From Escherichia phage vB-Eco-KMB39: a stretch of DNA of 64,000 nucleotides. This document shows, piece after piece, positions 10,569 through 19,583 of the stretch (within the stretch, counting starts at the first letter, position 1; each line of letters starts with the position of its first letter). The stretch is taken from the sequence record OR539219.1; one strand, written 5' to 3'. A model generated the notes under the pieces. It worked only from the letters and a program-made list of their open reading frames with translations. It was not told the DNA's origin and searched no databases. The translations under genes and the position numbers were made by a program.

Positions 10569-11171
10569 TTATAGATTAAATCCTTCAAAATCAAGAGTAT
10601 AGATAGTGTATGTTGAATACTTTTTATACTCATATCTATCCGCAATTCTAAATACACTTCCAGCTGGTATCATTACTTCTTGTTCATCTGAAACTAATTC
10701 CATATTACGATAGCGATGGCTATCCGGAAACTTAAAACTTGGACTGTATTCTTTACAGCGTAGAGCTTTTATAGCATACTCCTGGAAATTAAATACCATA
10801 GGAGCTTTGAATTCAAAAATAACTTGTGTGTTGTATTCTAATCCAGAAGCAAAATGTAGAGCTATATTTTTATCATATGAAGCTGATACTACTTTATCAA
10901 ATGTAATAATATCAATTCCTTGATTTAACACTTGCTTAGTCTCAACTGGAACACCTCTCCAAAGAGGTTTATCGTTTGGTTCCAAACGAGATTTGATTAT
11001 TTCATTTAACCAAGAGTGGTCGTCTGGCTTATTAGTAATACAATGAATTAAAAGTTCAATTTCGGATAAATTAAATCCTTCAGAAAGTAATTCTTCACGA
11101 ATAGAAGCACGCACCGATGCATCCATTGATTTGATTTTAAAATCTTTTAATTGCATTGCTGAATATTTCAT
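10569..11171 (-). CDS. modA: ADP-ribosyltransferase ModA
   Basis: 200 aa equals T4 ModA; paralogue of adjacent ModB. Confidence 0.7.
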   Translation of the reverse strand: MKYSAMQLKDFKIKSMDASVRASIREELLSEGFNLSEIELLIHCITNKPDDHSWLNEIIKSRLEPNDKPLWRGVPVETKQVLNQGIDIITFDKVVSASYDKNIALHFASGLEYNTQVIFEFKAPMVFNFQEYAIKALRCKEYSPSFKFPDSHRYRNMELVSDEQEVMIPAGSVFRIADRYEYKKYSTYTIYTLDFEGFNL

Positions 11172-11803
11172 TCAACTACCTCAATATCATACACTTTAAA
11201 TGTTCCAAATGAATCGTGTAATTTTTCTTTTGAAATAGAAGTTATTTTATACTTTCCAATTGGAATCATCCATTCTTGTTCACGCACAATCATCATTAAG
11301 TTATCAGTACGTTCTGAATCTAATCCATCAGTATCTTCATATGTATACTTAAACTCAGTATTAGGAGAAGAAAGTATAATATCGCTGATATGGTCAGAGT
11401 AATTAAAAGCTTTATCAGTTTTTAAGCGAAGTACTATTTCAGTGAAATATTCAGCATAAGAAAAAGAACACGCTGTATGCAAACTAGTAGTAAATGAATC
11501 TACTCTGTTCGTTGAAAACACTTCTCCAACTTGTAAATCTTTAATGAGTTCTTTTGTCGATTTTGATATACCACGATATAGCTGATAAGGCGATTTAGTT
11601 AAATGCTTTTTAATGATTTTATTCAACTGCCGATGAAGAGCTTCATTCTTTTTGGCTTCCATACATTGCCAAAGAACTGACTGTTCAAAGTCAGTAAATT
11701 TTTCACAGACCTTTTTATACATATCATATTGAAAATCAACGCTTTCAGCTTTTATAGATAACTGTTCAACATCTGCAAGATTAATAATCATGATAGCCTC
11801 CAT
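11168..11803 (-). CDS. modB: ADP-ribosyltransferase ModB
   Basis: 211 aa; YRG...STN ART-like motifs; early promoter upstream. Confidence 0.7.
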   Translation of the reverse strand: MEAIMIINLADVEQLSIKAESVDFQYDMYKKVCEKFTDFEQSVLWQCMEAKKNEALHRQLNKIIKKHLTKSPYQLYRGISKSTKELIKDLQVGEVFSTNRVDSFTTSLHTACSFSYAEYFTEIVLRLKTDKAFNYSDHISDIILSSPNTEFKYTYEDTDGLDSERTDNLMMIVREQEWMIPIGKYKITSISKEKLHDSFGTFKVYDIEVVE

Positions 11804-11819
11804 ATACTTCAGAAGCTAT

Positions 11820-11848
11820 CATATCATTGTTAGAAAGGAAAGTAAACA
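11820..11848 (-). promoter_or_regulatory. early promoter upstream of modB
   Basis: minus strand GTTTACT - 17 - TATGAT. Confidence 0.5.
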
Positions 11849-11858
11849 ACTTTTTGAA

Positions 11859-12041
11859 TTATTTTGCCCAGGGAGCCCAGGGCGGAGGGTCAAGATGGTA
11901 TGAAGCTAGTTCTTCTAGAAGAGCATCTGGGGCTTCAATTCCATAATTCTGTAATACTATACGGTACTCTTTCTTATAATCACTAGAATCATTCTGGATA
12001 TTCGTAGAATGATTATCTTCTAACATCTCAAATAAATCCAT
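11859..12041 (-). CDS. hypothetical protein
   Basis: 60 aa ORF. Confidence 0.3.
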   Translation of the reverse strand: MDLFEMLEDNHSTNIQNDSSDYKKEYRIVLQNYGIEAPDALLEELASYHLDPPPWAPWAK

Positions 12042-12049
12042 ATTAATTC

Positions 12050-12520
12050 CTAGCGATAAAAACCAAAATAACGATTAGTTTCAATAATCTTTCTTTCTTC
12101 TTCGGACATTCTCCAGCGTAGTCCAACATCAAAATGAGCCCAGACCATCTTAACAAATGCATTTATATCTTTAATATCTTCAATAATGAATGTTTTACTT
12201 TTAGAAGGTTGACTAACTAATTTAACTTTATCGTCTTCAAACAGGTCAAAAAGACCATATTCATGAGCTCTTTTATAGCCTTTAATAGTTAAAGCTTCAG
12301 AAGAAGAAAATGGTGAATCAGTATTCTGCAAAATATCTTCAGTATGCTTTATAATTAGAATAACATTTTCTGGATATTTTCTTTCTTTTATATCTTTAAT
12401 TAAAAGATCCGGATTTTCTGCTAAAGGAATAATTAATGAGCACTTTTTATCAAGTGTATTTACTGATTTACCTTCTTTGGACATAAATTCTATTGAATAA
12501 TGTTTTGCTACTTCAATCAT
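12050..12520 (-). CDS. hypothetical protein (mrh region)
   Basis: 156 aa ORF. Confidence 0.4.
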   Translation of the reverse strand: MIEVAKHYSIEFMSKEGKSVNTLDKKCSLIIPLAENPDLLIKDIKERKYPENVILIIKHTEDILQNTDSPFSSSEALTIKGYKRAHEYGLFDLFEDDKVKLVSQPSKSKTFIIEDIKDINAFVKMVWAHFDVGLRWRMSEEERKIIETNRYFGFYR

Positions 12521-12673
12521 GTGATTTCCTCTTGCCTACTAATGGGCCGTCAGGAATTTTGTTTTCCTGGATATATTTCTCATTTTCTTCCATCATTTTA
12601 CTGCCAATTTTAAGAAGCAAATCCAATGCTTCATTTGCTTTAGCCTTGGCCTCTTCTAGCGTCATATCTCTGT

Positions 12674-12877
12674 TCACGATTTATCCCCATAGATGTCTCT
12701 CATCAATTTAAGCGCTGAGCGTTCTAATTTCTTTTCTTTCTCAACGCTAATCATTGATTTCATCCATTCTTCTGATTCGTTCTGCATTTCTTTATTTGCT
12801 TGTTCAACCCAACCATCATCAATGTACATTGAGTTTGGTCTATTGAACCATTCAAACATTTTCTTCAGAACTTTCAT
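12674..12877 (-). CDS. hypothetical protein
   Basis: 67 aa ORF. Confidence 0.3.
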   Translation of the reverse strand: MKVLKKMFEWFNRPNSMYIDDGWVEQANKEMQNESEEWMKSMISVEKEKKLERSALKLMRDIYGDKS

Positions 12878-13349
12878 TTGTTTTACCTAAAACAACAGTA
12901 GGAGCATCATCAAATTCATGAATTTTTAGCAAATTTGGATGTAAACTATTCCACACAGAAGAAATAAAGTATGATAAAGCATCTTCGTCCACAATTATAA
13001 ATTTATTTCCTTTATCTATTTTCCAACTATATACTGAATCGTACGAATAAAAAGATAAAGGTTCATCATTATATTTTTCTGTGTTAACATTAATGTATTC
13101 TGATTTAGTAAATGCTTCAATTGCTCTAAACGGAATATTTGGTACAGTTTCAATAATACCAATCTTTTTAAGTTTTATTTCAGCATCTTCTGGAACTGGC
13201 ATTGAAACGAAATTTTCTACGAGATACATAGGGTTACGATAACCCTTATCAATCATTACGGCTACAGTAATTGGAACATCTTTAGCAAACGACATGCTAT
13301 TACTGCTAATATACATTTCAAACAAAATCGCTTCCATAATTTTCCTCAA
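12852..13349 (-). CDS. hypothetical protein
   Basis: 165 aa ORF. Confidence 0.4.
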   Translation of the reverse strand: MRKIMEAILFEMYISSNSMSFAKDVPITVAVMIDKGYRNPMYLVENFVSMPVPEDAEIKLKKIGIIETVPNIPFRAIEAFTKSEYINVNTEKYNDEPLSFYSYDSVYSWKIDKGNKFIIVDEDALSYFISSVWNSLHPNLLKIHEFDDAPTVVLGKTNESSEENV

Positions 13350-13678
13350 TCACAAGATGTAGATGAACAACTAGAATCACAAGAACTTCCACATGAATCG
13401 CCCGCCCATACATGAACAGGAACATTAGTGTCATATGAATCAGAACTAGACTGTGTATTAGATGATGTAGTAGGTGTTGACCAGCGCCAAGGATTTTTAT
13501 AATATTCCTGGGCTTCTTCATAAGTCATAGTAACTGCTTCTACTGTTCCATCTCCCATATAAACATATTCAACTACAGTTAAAGGAAGGTAGTCATTTGA
13601 AATAGGAACTACACCTTCTCCGGGAGTTGTAGAGAAAAAATCCGTAAAGAAATTTTTAAACCAATTAAAGATAAACAT
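13346..13678 (-). CDS. hypothetical protein with Cys/Ser-rich C-terminal tail
   Basis: 110 aa; C-terminus [18 protein letters not shown]. Confidence 0.4.
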   Translation of the reverse strand: MFIFNWFKNFFTDFFSTTPGEGVVPISNDYLPLTVVEYVYMGDGTVEAVTMTYEEAQEYYKNPWRWSTPTTSSNTQSSSDSYDTNVPVHVWAGDSCGSSCDSSCSSTSCD

Positions 13679-13884
13679 TACAAAAAGCCTCTCTTGAATT
13701 CAACTTGCTTCTCGCCATAATCATATCGAATCTCTGCATTAAATTCGACAGAACCATCTGCGTACATCATAAATGAATGCACAACAACTTCTGTAGACCA
13801 TGGCTGTAGTTCATATTTCTTCATTACATGTCGTGAAATGATAATATCTAAATCTTCATTTGGTTTAATCCAGCGATTTAACAT
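13678..13884 (-). CDS. hypothetical protein
   Basis: 68 aa; early promoter directly upstream. Confidence 0.4.
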   Translation of the reverse strand: MLNRWIKPNEDLDIIISRHVMKKYELQPWSTEVVVHSFMMYADGSVEFNAEIRYDYGEKQVEFKRGFL

Positions 13885-13909
13885 AGTGCTCTCCTCTATA
13901 AGATAATTC

Positions 13910-13940
13910 TATTATACCATACTCATTTTGGAAAGTAAAC
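13910..13940 (-). promoter_or_regulatory. early promoter upstream of 13678-13884 gene
   Basis: minus strand GTTTACT - 17 - tggTATAAT. Confidence 0.6.
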
Positions 13941-13950
13941 TGTTTAAATG

Positions 13951-13974
13951 AAAAAAGGACTCCCGAAGGAGTCC
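13951..13974 (-). terminator. intrinsic terminator after soc
   Basis: minus strand GGACUCC-UUCG-GGAGUCC followed by U6. Confidence 0.7.
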
Positions 13975-13981
13975 TTGAATT

Positions 13982-14227
13982 TTAACCGCCAGTTACTTTC
14001 CACAAATCTTCGTTTGCAGCAATCCATTCAGTACGTTGATTTTCTTCATATACAGTAGTATATGCTGCTTTTTCTGAAGGGAATGTCTGGTAATGAGCGC
14101 CAGAAATTTTGTGAACGTCAGAATAAAGAGGGAAAGCTACAGAAATTTCCTTTCCTTCAATTTTCTTATTTCCATCTAATTTCTGCTCAAACGTTTTGAT
14201 ATTAACATAACCGCGAGTACTAGCCAT
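13982..14227 (-). CDS. soc: small outer capsid protein Soc
   Basis: 81 aa beginning MASTRGYVNIKTFEQ, matching T4 Soc as recalled; late promoter upstream, terminator downstream. Confidence 0.85.
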   Translation of the reverse strand: MASTRGYVNIKTFEQKLDGNKKIEGKEISVAFPLYSDVHKISGAHYQTFPSEKAAYTTVYEENQRTEWIAANEDLWKVTGG

Positions 14228-14257
14228 GTAATTCTCCTTTTATTTAAATTACATGAT

Positions 14258-14265
14258 TATTTATA
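14258..14265 (-). promoter_or_regulatory. T4 late promoter upstream of soc
   Basis: plus tatttata = minus TATAAATA about 30 nt upstream of soc ATG. Confidence 0.65.
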
Positions 14266-14309
14266 ATAATTCTCGCGGCTTTTAAGTCGTCGTTTAAATA
14301 AACGAGCTA

Positions 14310-14828
14310 TTAATAACCTCGGTCTTGACGAGCGAAGTTTTCAGCATTTTTCAGATAATAAAGTTTAAAGATTTCTTCAGCCGTAAGACCAAGACCTTGG
14401 AACATGTTCAGAACGAAATGAAGAATATCAATCATTTCGAATTTAATTTCCAACTGGTCATGTGGAGACAAATCAGTAATCAGAGTTTCACGACGTTCAC
14501 CATGTTGAGCTTTCCAAGGCTTCCATACAGCAGATGCATCTTTTTCGCCATTGCTCATACCGCCAAGAGATGTCAGAAGTTCACGGAATTCATCGTCAAT
14601 ATAATCTTTCTGATTACGTAGCCAATCAACAACTTCACCAGCAGTAGCCAAATCATCAGGATGACGGTTATATTCAGGTTTATCTTTAGCTAAACGAACT
14701 TGCAGAGATTTTTGCATATCAAGCATAACTTGCAGCGGGTCTTTTTCATCACCGAGAATATCCCAGTATTCATTTTGAGCTTTATCAGCGCCTTCGATCA
14801 ATTGTGAACATTCATTAAAGTATGCCAT
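14310..14828 (-). CDS. 56: dCTP pyrophosphatase (MazG-like)
   Basis: 172 aa from internal Met MAYFNEC; track ORF 14310-14921 carries a spurious N-terminal extension. Confidence 0.75.
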   Translation of the reverse strand: MAYFNECSQLIEGADKAQNEYWDILGDEKDPLQVMLDMQKSLQVRLAKDKPEYNRHPDDLATAGEVVDWLRNQKDYIDDEFRELLTSLGGMSNGEKDASAVWKPWKAQHGERRETLITDLSPHDQLEIKFEMIDILHFVLNMFQGLGLTAEEIFKLYYLKNAENFARQDRGY

Positions 14829-14899
14829 TATTTTTCCTTTCAATTCATGGATTAGTAGATTAATTATACAATAAATATATAAAGCAATAAGGAGGACAT

Positions 14900-15100
14900 A
14901 TGGTACAAAAATTAATGGCACTTGTTAATGCCATCAAAGGTAATAAAAAACGTATAGCTTTTACTATTTCTGCTATGATAGGAATTTTACTTTGGAATTT
15001 TGTTTTATCACCAGTTGCTATTGCTCATGGCGTTAGTATTCCAGTAATTACTCTTGATACATTCGTGGATTTAGCATTTGCTTTAGTTGGGTTAATTTAA
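14900..15100 (+). CDS. small hydrophobic protein on the opposite strand
   Basis: 66 aa, two predicted TM helices; Shine-Dalgarno aaggagg 4 nt before ATG; sits where T4 carries dam. Confidence 0.4.
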   Translation: MVQKLMALVNAIKGNKKRIAFTISAMIGILLWNFVLSPVAIAHGVSIPVITLDTFVDLAFALVGLI

Positions 15101-16125
15101 ATCTTAGCATATTTAGATAGCCGCATTTTAGCCATCAACCCTTGGGCAATATTATTTTTCATATATTCCATAATTTGTTCAGGGGTTGCACCTTCCTTTC
15201 TAATCATATCATTAACATCTTTTGATTTCCAGGGAGATTTGTCCCAAAACATAACCCTTTCTCCTGCATCAACTAATTTAGTCATTCGTTTAATAGTGTC
15301 AGGGTGACGAGGTTCATTATCTAAAACCCATACACGTCTATCTTTAAATGGAACAATTTCTAGGTCTAATTGACCGCCTGTAATAGCTATACCATTTTCA
15401 ATAAAAAGCGAATCTATAGGTCCTTCTAGAACATATACATCGCCATCTTTAACCCGTTCAACACCATAAATTTTTGTTGCCTCAGGATAAGCTTTGATGG
15501 TGATATATTTTTGGGGAGCATCTTTCTTTAATGCACGTCCCTGAAAAGACTCAGCTTTTCCATTAGCATTATAAATTGGAATAACAAGACGAGGCTCAGG
15601 TATTTCCTTTTTATATGTTCCTGGTGCTATACTATTAACTAATTTAGGCCATTCAGTTGTAAACCAAAGATATTTCCATTTATCCTTTGGAATACAACGA
15701 GCTTTTACGTATTTTATAATTGGATGGTCTTCCGCCAGTTTATCTAATCTAATGCATGACGGAAGAGATTTAATTATTTTCTTCTCAGGTTGTTTAGGAA
15801 GTTCTTTAGGTTTTTCTACTGGACGACTTTTACCTTTTTCTTTTCTTATTTCAAAGATATACTCACGATATAAATCAGGTTCAAACTCCTTTAAATATAT
15901 TCCGATTGGTGCATGATAGTTACAGTTATAACAATGAATATTTCCTTCATTATTATCACCATAATACCATCCACGGGCTTTATTTTGGTCGGTTTTTGAA
16001 TCTCCACAAACAGGACATCTAAACCGTAATTTAAAAGTTGAACTATTATTTACTTGTGCGAATTTAGGTAAATGAGCTAGCGCACGATATGCAAACTCAT
16101 TATCAATCCAAGGTATTGATGACAT
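15097..16125 (-). CDS. 61: DNA primase
   Basis: 342 aa equals T4 gp61; N-terminal zinc ribbon CPVCGDS...HCYNC; TOPRIM-like core. Confidence 0.9.
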   Translation of the reverse strand: MSSIPWIDNEFAYRALAHLPKFAQVNNSSTFKLRFRCPVCGDSKTDQNKARGWYYGDNNEGNIHCYNCNYHAPIGIYLKEFEPDLYREYIFEIRKEKGKSRPVEKPKELPKQPEKKIIKSLPSCIRLDKLAEDHPIIKYVKARCIPKDKWKYLWFTTEWPKLVNSIAPGTYKKEIPEPRLVIPIYNANGKAESFQGRALKKDAPQKYITIKAYPEATKIYGVERVKDGDVYVLEGPIDSLFIENGIAITGGQLDLEIVPFKDRRVWVLDNEPRHPDTIKRMTKLVDAGERVMFWDKSPWKSKDVNDMIRKEGATPEQIMEYMKNNIAQGLMAKMRLSKYAKI

Positions 16126-16127
16126 TT

Positions 16128-16292
16128 TTACTCTTCTTTTTCTTTAGATTCCTCTTTTTTCTTTTTAGGAATCTGTTCAGGACCTTTATTTACTACAGCG
16201 CCTGACGTTGTTCCAGTAGAGATATTTTCAGGATTACCACCTGAATCTCCAGCTACCATATCTTCTTTAATAAATTCTTTATATGTTTTCAT
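16128..16292 (-). CDS. small protein with capsid-targeting-sequence-like N-terminus
   Basis: 54 aa ORF read by eye (MKTYKEFIKEDMVAGDSGG...); below track cutoff. Confidence 0.3.
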   Translation of the reverse strand: MKTYKEFIKEDMVAGDSGGNPENISTGTTSGAVVNKGPEQIPKKKKEESKEKEE

Positions 16293-16293
16293 A

Positions 16294-16920
16294 TTAACCT
16301 CTATTCATAAAAGCATTAAAAATTTGGTCATCAATAGAAACTTTTACTTTAAACTGTTTTTCCGATGGTAATTCATATCCGCATATTACAATTTTGTGAT
16401 CAATATCAAAATACACAGAAGCAATATGATTAATGGTGTTTTCAGTAAAGTCTAAATCAACATCAATATCTTTTTGACCACAACCCAAAGGATAAATAAT
16501 GCGAGTAATTCGATTATCTTTAACAAAGATTCCACCAATATACTCTGTGCTGCGTTTAAAGTCTACGCGCCGCCGAAATGAAAAATATTCAGGCTCTTTA
16601 TGAGCTCGGCTCATAGGACACAACGAGTAACTAGAGTAAGAGATGTCAAATCCTACGCCTTCGATATGAGCCAAAGTGTCACGATTAAACCAATTATAAT
16701 CGTACGCCAAGTCCATTAGATTATAATATGTAAAAGGCACCGGATTAACATCACTAGTCACAAGCACGTAATTAGCAACTGCTATAATTTCATTATTTTT
16801 AACAAATACAAATCTTGATTGATGCGAATGACCTGGACCTGCGTTTTCACGATTAATGATATAACACTGGGCACCTTTATATTTGTACGTGTCTTTGCAC
16901 TTGTGCATTTGATAGAGCAT
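16294..16920 (-). CDS. hypothetical protein (61.2 position)
   Basis: 208 aa ORF. Confidence 0.45.
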   Translation of the reverse strand: MLYQMHKCKDTYKYKGAQCYIINRENAGPGHSHQSRFVFVKNNEIIAVANYVLVTSDVNPVPFTYYNLMDLAYDYNWFNRDTLAHIEGVGFDISYSSYSLCPMSRAHKEPEYFSFRRRVDFKRSTEYIGGIFVKDNRITRIIYPLGCGQKDIDVDLDFTENTINHIASVYFDIDHKIVICGYELPSEKQFKVKVSIDDQIFNAFMNRG

Positions 16921-17213
16921 TATTCACCTACCACTTCAGCGATGATATTTTTGTTATTAAAGTTTTTATCGCAATACAGAACATAATTATACTGCATTAC
17001 ACCACCAGACTTAAGTTGTTTTTGCACTTCAGCTTTCATTTCAGGACGATCGCGCTCAACGATATTCATAATATCCGCTTCAATTTGAGTTTCAACCTCA
17101 GTCTGATCCGCAGTCATAGACCATTCGCACAAATCTTTATCATAACCTGCCATAGCAGGCTGAGCAGCACAAGAAGCTAAAGCAAAAATTGCGGCAAAGA
17201 TAAATTTTTTCAT
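16920..17213 (-). CDS. sp: spackle periplasmic protein
   Basis: 97 aa equals T4 Sp; cleavable signal peptide. Confidence 0.65.
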   Translation of the reverse strand: MKKFIFAAIFALASCAAQPAMAGYDKDLCEWSMTADQTEVETQIEADIMNIVERDRPEMKAEVQKQLKSGGVMQYNYVLYCDKNFNNKNIIAEVVGE

Positions 17214-17273
17214 GATAATCTCCTCAGTAGTTTATGTTTATATAGTATCTCAATTTCCAACAAAAGTAAACAG

Positions 17274-17576
17274 TTATTTTAAAACTTCTGCGTAATCACA
17301 TGTTACAAACTGTTTCTCTAGCTTGACGATTTTACGAAAGTATCTTTTACATTGACGAATCTGTCGCTTAGTAGGGCGCACAGCAAACTTAATAAATTCC
17401 ACTCGACCAAATGGAGGGCTTTCTTCTGATGGAATATCTAACACCAATTCCCACGTATCTGCAATAAGTGCTTTGAATTGAGTATTTTTCCTGACGTTAT
17501 ACGGAGTAGGTTTAAATAAAACCGTATGCATATTACCCTCGCCAATCAGATTCAAAAACTTTTTTATCATTAACAA
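17274..17576 (-). CDS. hypothetical protein (61.4 position)
   Basis: 100 aa ORF. Confidence 0.4.
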   Translation of the reverse strand: MLMIKKFLNLIGEGNMHTVLFKPTPYNVRKNTQFKALIADTWELVLDIPSEESPPFGRVEFIKFAVRPTKRQIRQCKRYFRKIVKLEKQFVTCDYAEVLK

Positions 17577-17724
17577 ATGCTTTAACTAAAGCTTTATTAA
17601 CTTCAGCAAGTTGTGAAGTGACCCATAGAATTTGATCTTTATCAGACACATCCATAGTGATTTCTTTGGTAAACATATTACCATTTTCAAACCAGCCAAT
17701 AAAAACAATCTTTGCTAATTCCAT
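17533..17724 (-). CDS. dmd: Dmd antitoxin (inhibitor of host RnlA/LsoA toxins)
   Basis: 63 aa; position immediately before gene 41 matches T4 61.5; early promoter upstream. Confidence 0.55.
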   Translation of the reverse strand: MELAKIVFIGWFENGNMFTKEITMDVSDKDQILWVTSQLAEVNKALVKAFVNDKKVFESDWRG

Positions 17725-17754
17725 AATAATTTCCCCAATTTAACCAACAAGACT

Positions 17755-17784
17755 ACTATACCATAGTCTTGTCAGATTGTAAAC
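17755..17784 (-). promoter_or_regulatory. early promoter upstream of dmd
   Basis: minus strand GTTTACA - 17 - tggTATAGT. Confidence 0.55.
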
Positions 17785-19211
17785 TAAAATTTTAATTCGT
17801 TTGCTAAAGCATCTAACTGGGCTCGAGTAGATTCATTTCTTTGATAGCGATTCTGCTCAGCTTGTATCTGTTGCGAACCTGCTACTTCGTTAACTTCAGT
17901 TGGAGTAGAATCTTGTTCAATTTCTACCCATTTCTGATTTCCTTTTTGAACACCCATCAAAAACTTATTCCATTTATTCTTATCACCATATCGTGATTTG
18001 ATTTGCTTAATGAGTTGTTGTTCAGCAGCTGCTAACTCCTCGGTTTCAATGACCGCAAGCATAAAATCGGCTGTTGCTGGAAGACCGGCAGATTCTGCAA
18101 TATCGCTCATGTTAACATCAGAAGAATCCCAAGCTTGCTTACCAACCTGTGCTGCAGTCCAAAGAATAGTTTCGGTTTCAACAGCCAGAGCACGCAATTC
18201 CTCTGCGATAGCTTTAACAGTTGTGTAACTATTTTCTGAGTAAACTCTGATGCGGCAAGATTTACAAATACCTAGATAGTCGACAATAATGATCGTTGGA
18301 ACAAAATTCTTCTTGAGCTTCAATTCGTTTAAAAGCGATCGAAATGTATTAGCGTCTGCTCCACCAGTAGGATACTGTTTAACGATTAAACGGCCGAGAG
18401 TAGATTTCTCACGCCATTTTTCCATTTTTCCTTTATATTCAGCGTAAGAAATATGCCCATCATCAATGTCATCAAGAGAAACATCGAGCATATTAGCGTC
18501 AATACGTTTAGCACAGACTTCTTCTGCCATTTCCATGGAAATGTAAAGAACATTATGTCCGAGCTGCAAATAATCTGCTGCCAATGAACACAGACCTAAT
18601 GACTTACCAACGTTAACACCAGCCATTAAAACGTTCAGTGTTCCAGTTTCAGCTCCGCCTTTAGTAATTTTATTTAGAATTTTGAGTCTAAATGGAACCT
18701 TACGAGCTTTATTCATATAAGATAGCCAACGTGCTTCGTAGTCATCCATCCAATCATGGCCAACGTAGCTATCAAATGAAATTGATAATGCTTGGCGCAT
18801 GATGTCAGGAATAGCACCTACATCTGGCATTTTCTTATTTCGTTTTTCTGGAGGAAGCTCAGCATTGGTTTGAATTTCAATTATTTTAGATGTGGCGTTA
18901 AACATCGCCCTTTGCTGAACATATTTTTCTGTTTCTTTTACTAACCAGCTGTGGTCTTCCGGAGAATCGGTTAGTTTTGAAATAAGTGTTTTTACACCAG
19001 AATATTCTGTTTCAGTAAATGAACTATTTTCTAATGCAACATTTAACGCATTAATAGATGGAACGCTATGGTACTCATTAACATGAGATTTAATTAATTT
19101 GAATGTATTTTTAGCTGGACCACTTTCAAAATATTCTGAATCCATATATGGCCAAACTTTTGAAAAATAAGCTTGATCAAATATGAGATGAGAAAGAATA
19201 ATTTCTACCAC
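17784..19211 (-). CDS. 41: replicative DNA helicase (DnaB-like)
   Basis: 475 aa equals T4 gp41; Walker A GVNVGKS. Confidence 0.9.
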   Translation of the reverse strand: MVEIILSHLIFDQAYFSKVWPYMDSEYFESGPAKNTFKLIKSHVNEYHSVPSINALNVALENSSFTETEYSGVKTLISKLTDSPEDHSWLVKETEKYVQQRAMFNATSKIIEIQTNAELPPEKRNKKMPDVGAIPDIMRQALSISFDSYVGHDWMDDYEARWLSYMNKARKVPFRLKILNKITKGGAETGTLNVLMAGVNVGKSLGLCSLAADYLQLGHNVLYISMEMAEEVCAKRIDANMLDVSLDDIDDGHISYAEYKGKMEKWREKSTLGRLIVKQYPTGGADANTFRSLLNELKLKKNFVPTIIIVDYLGICKSCRIRVYSENSYTTVKAIAEELRALAVETETILWTAAQVGKQAWDSSDVNMSDIAESAGLPATADFMLAVIETEELAAAEQQLIKQIKSRYGDKNKWNKFLMGVQKGNQKWVEIEQDSTPTEVNEVAGSQQIQAEQNRYQRNESTRAQLDALANELKF

Positions 19212-19220
19212 ACTTACTCC

Positions 19221-19583
19221 TTAAAAGAATTTAAATTTTTTCTTTGACCTTTTATTAAATGCATCTTGTAGTTGCATTGTAATACATTTTTCTACATGAG
19301 GAGCTAACTCAGCTTTTCTTTCTTGGTCAAGAACAGCAAAGTCCATTACTACTTTTCCATCAACCCAATCTAATTTTGTCACATACACAATGTGTGTAGA
19401 ACCATCTTCTAGTTTAATGACAATCTCCTGAATAACATTTTCCATGGCAGATTTAATTATCTTAAGAGATTCATTAAAAAGACGTTCTTTTCTTTCTTCT
19501 TCCCCCTCCGAAGAGGGGGACTCGTCAATAATTTCTAGATCTAAATCTAAATCATCTTTATTCATTAAATTCTTCCATATCAC
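19221..19583 (-). CDS. 40: gene 40-like protein
   Basis: 120 aa; position between 41 and uvsX. Confidence 0.45.
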   Translation of the reverse strand: MIWKNLMNKDDLDLDLEIIDESPSSEGEEERKERLFNESLKIIKSAMENVIQEIVIKLEDGSTHIVYVTKLDWVDGKVVMDFAVLDQERKAELAPHVEKCITMQLQDAFNKRSKKKFKFF

